From: Elusimicrobiota bacterium
GTDB lineage: Bacteria > Elusimicrobiota > Elusimicrobia > Elusimicrobiales > UBA9959
Assembly (NCBI GenBank): GCA_016208085.1
Contig: JACQYT010000096.1
Coordinates: forward strand, 1-14,372
Direction: 5' to 3'
Length of the DNA stretch: 14,372 nucleotides
Made by a program: the position numbers and the translations under genes. Positions 14,324-14,372 of this stretch are shown here, piece after piece. The number at the start of each line of letters is the position of its first letter. Within the stretch, counting starts at the first letter, position 1. The notes under the pieces are model-generated. The model was not told where the DNA came from and made no database searches. It worked only from the letters and a program-made list of their open reading frames with translations.

Positions 14324-14372
14324 CTAATTTAATACTATAGGAATTTCCTTTTTTGACAGTCGTAAGCCGTAA

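Noticed and set aside
1-14372. CRISPR arrays or other regularly spaced tandem repeats
   Set aside because: No direct repeats with regular spacing were seen anywhere. The only repeats found are the dispersed inverted or palindromic ones reported above.

Overview
This is a roughly 60% GC bacterial chromosomal segment. It carries about 12 well-supported genes and several small or repetitive elements. From left to right:

- **28–140:** a conserved 25-aa small ORF, followed by an extended -10 promoter.
- **326–1626:** a small membrane protein gene and a 238-aa hypothetical gene.
- **1692–1749:** a bidirectional terminator.
- **1773–2495 (minus strand):** a secreted L,D-transpeptidase-like protein.
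- **2766–5045:** a 759-aa secreted protein of unknown function, apparently leaderless, with a strong terminator downstream.
- **About 5120–6130:** an A/T-richer islet holding a 33-aa small ORF, a 158-bp element with terminal inverted repeats that resembles a miniature inverted-repeat transposable element (MITE), and a higB/higA-type toxin-antitoxin pair (Gp49-like RelE/ParE toxin with an XRE helix-turn-helix (HTH) antitoxin) driven by a near-consensus leaderless promoter.
- **6515–11668 (minus strand):** a four-gene operon encoding an SPFH/flotillin protein (689 aa, with internal ~75-aa tandem repeats), a DUF2157-type polytopic membrane protein, a GDYXXLXY protein and a divergent aspartate-carbamoyltransferase-like protein.
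- **11785–13536:** a divergently transcribed 583-aa membrane protein that looks like a GT-C-type glycosyltransferase.
- **13531–14372:** an ORF-free, hairpin-rich tail of about 830 bp. It contains a second, diverged inverted copy of the small ORF from the left end and a compact structured-RNA candidate.

Several genes appear to be leaderless, with a -10 box 6–8 nt before the ATG. No CRISPR array, rRNA or convincing tRNA was seen. Functional calls rest on motif recognition by eye, not on database searches.
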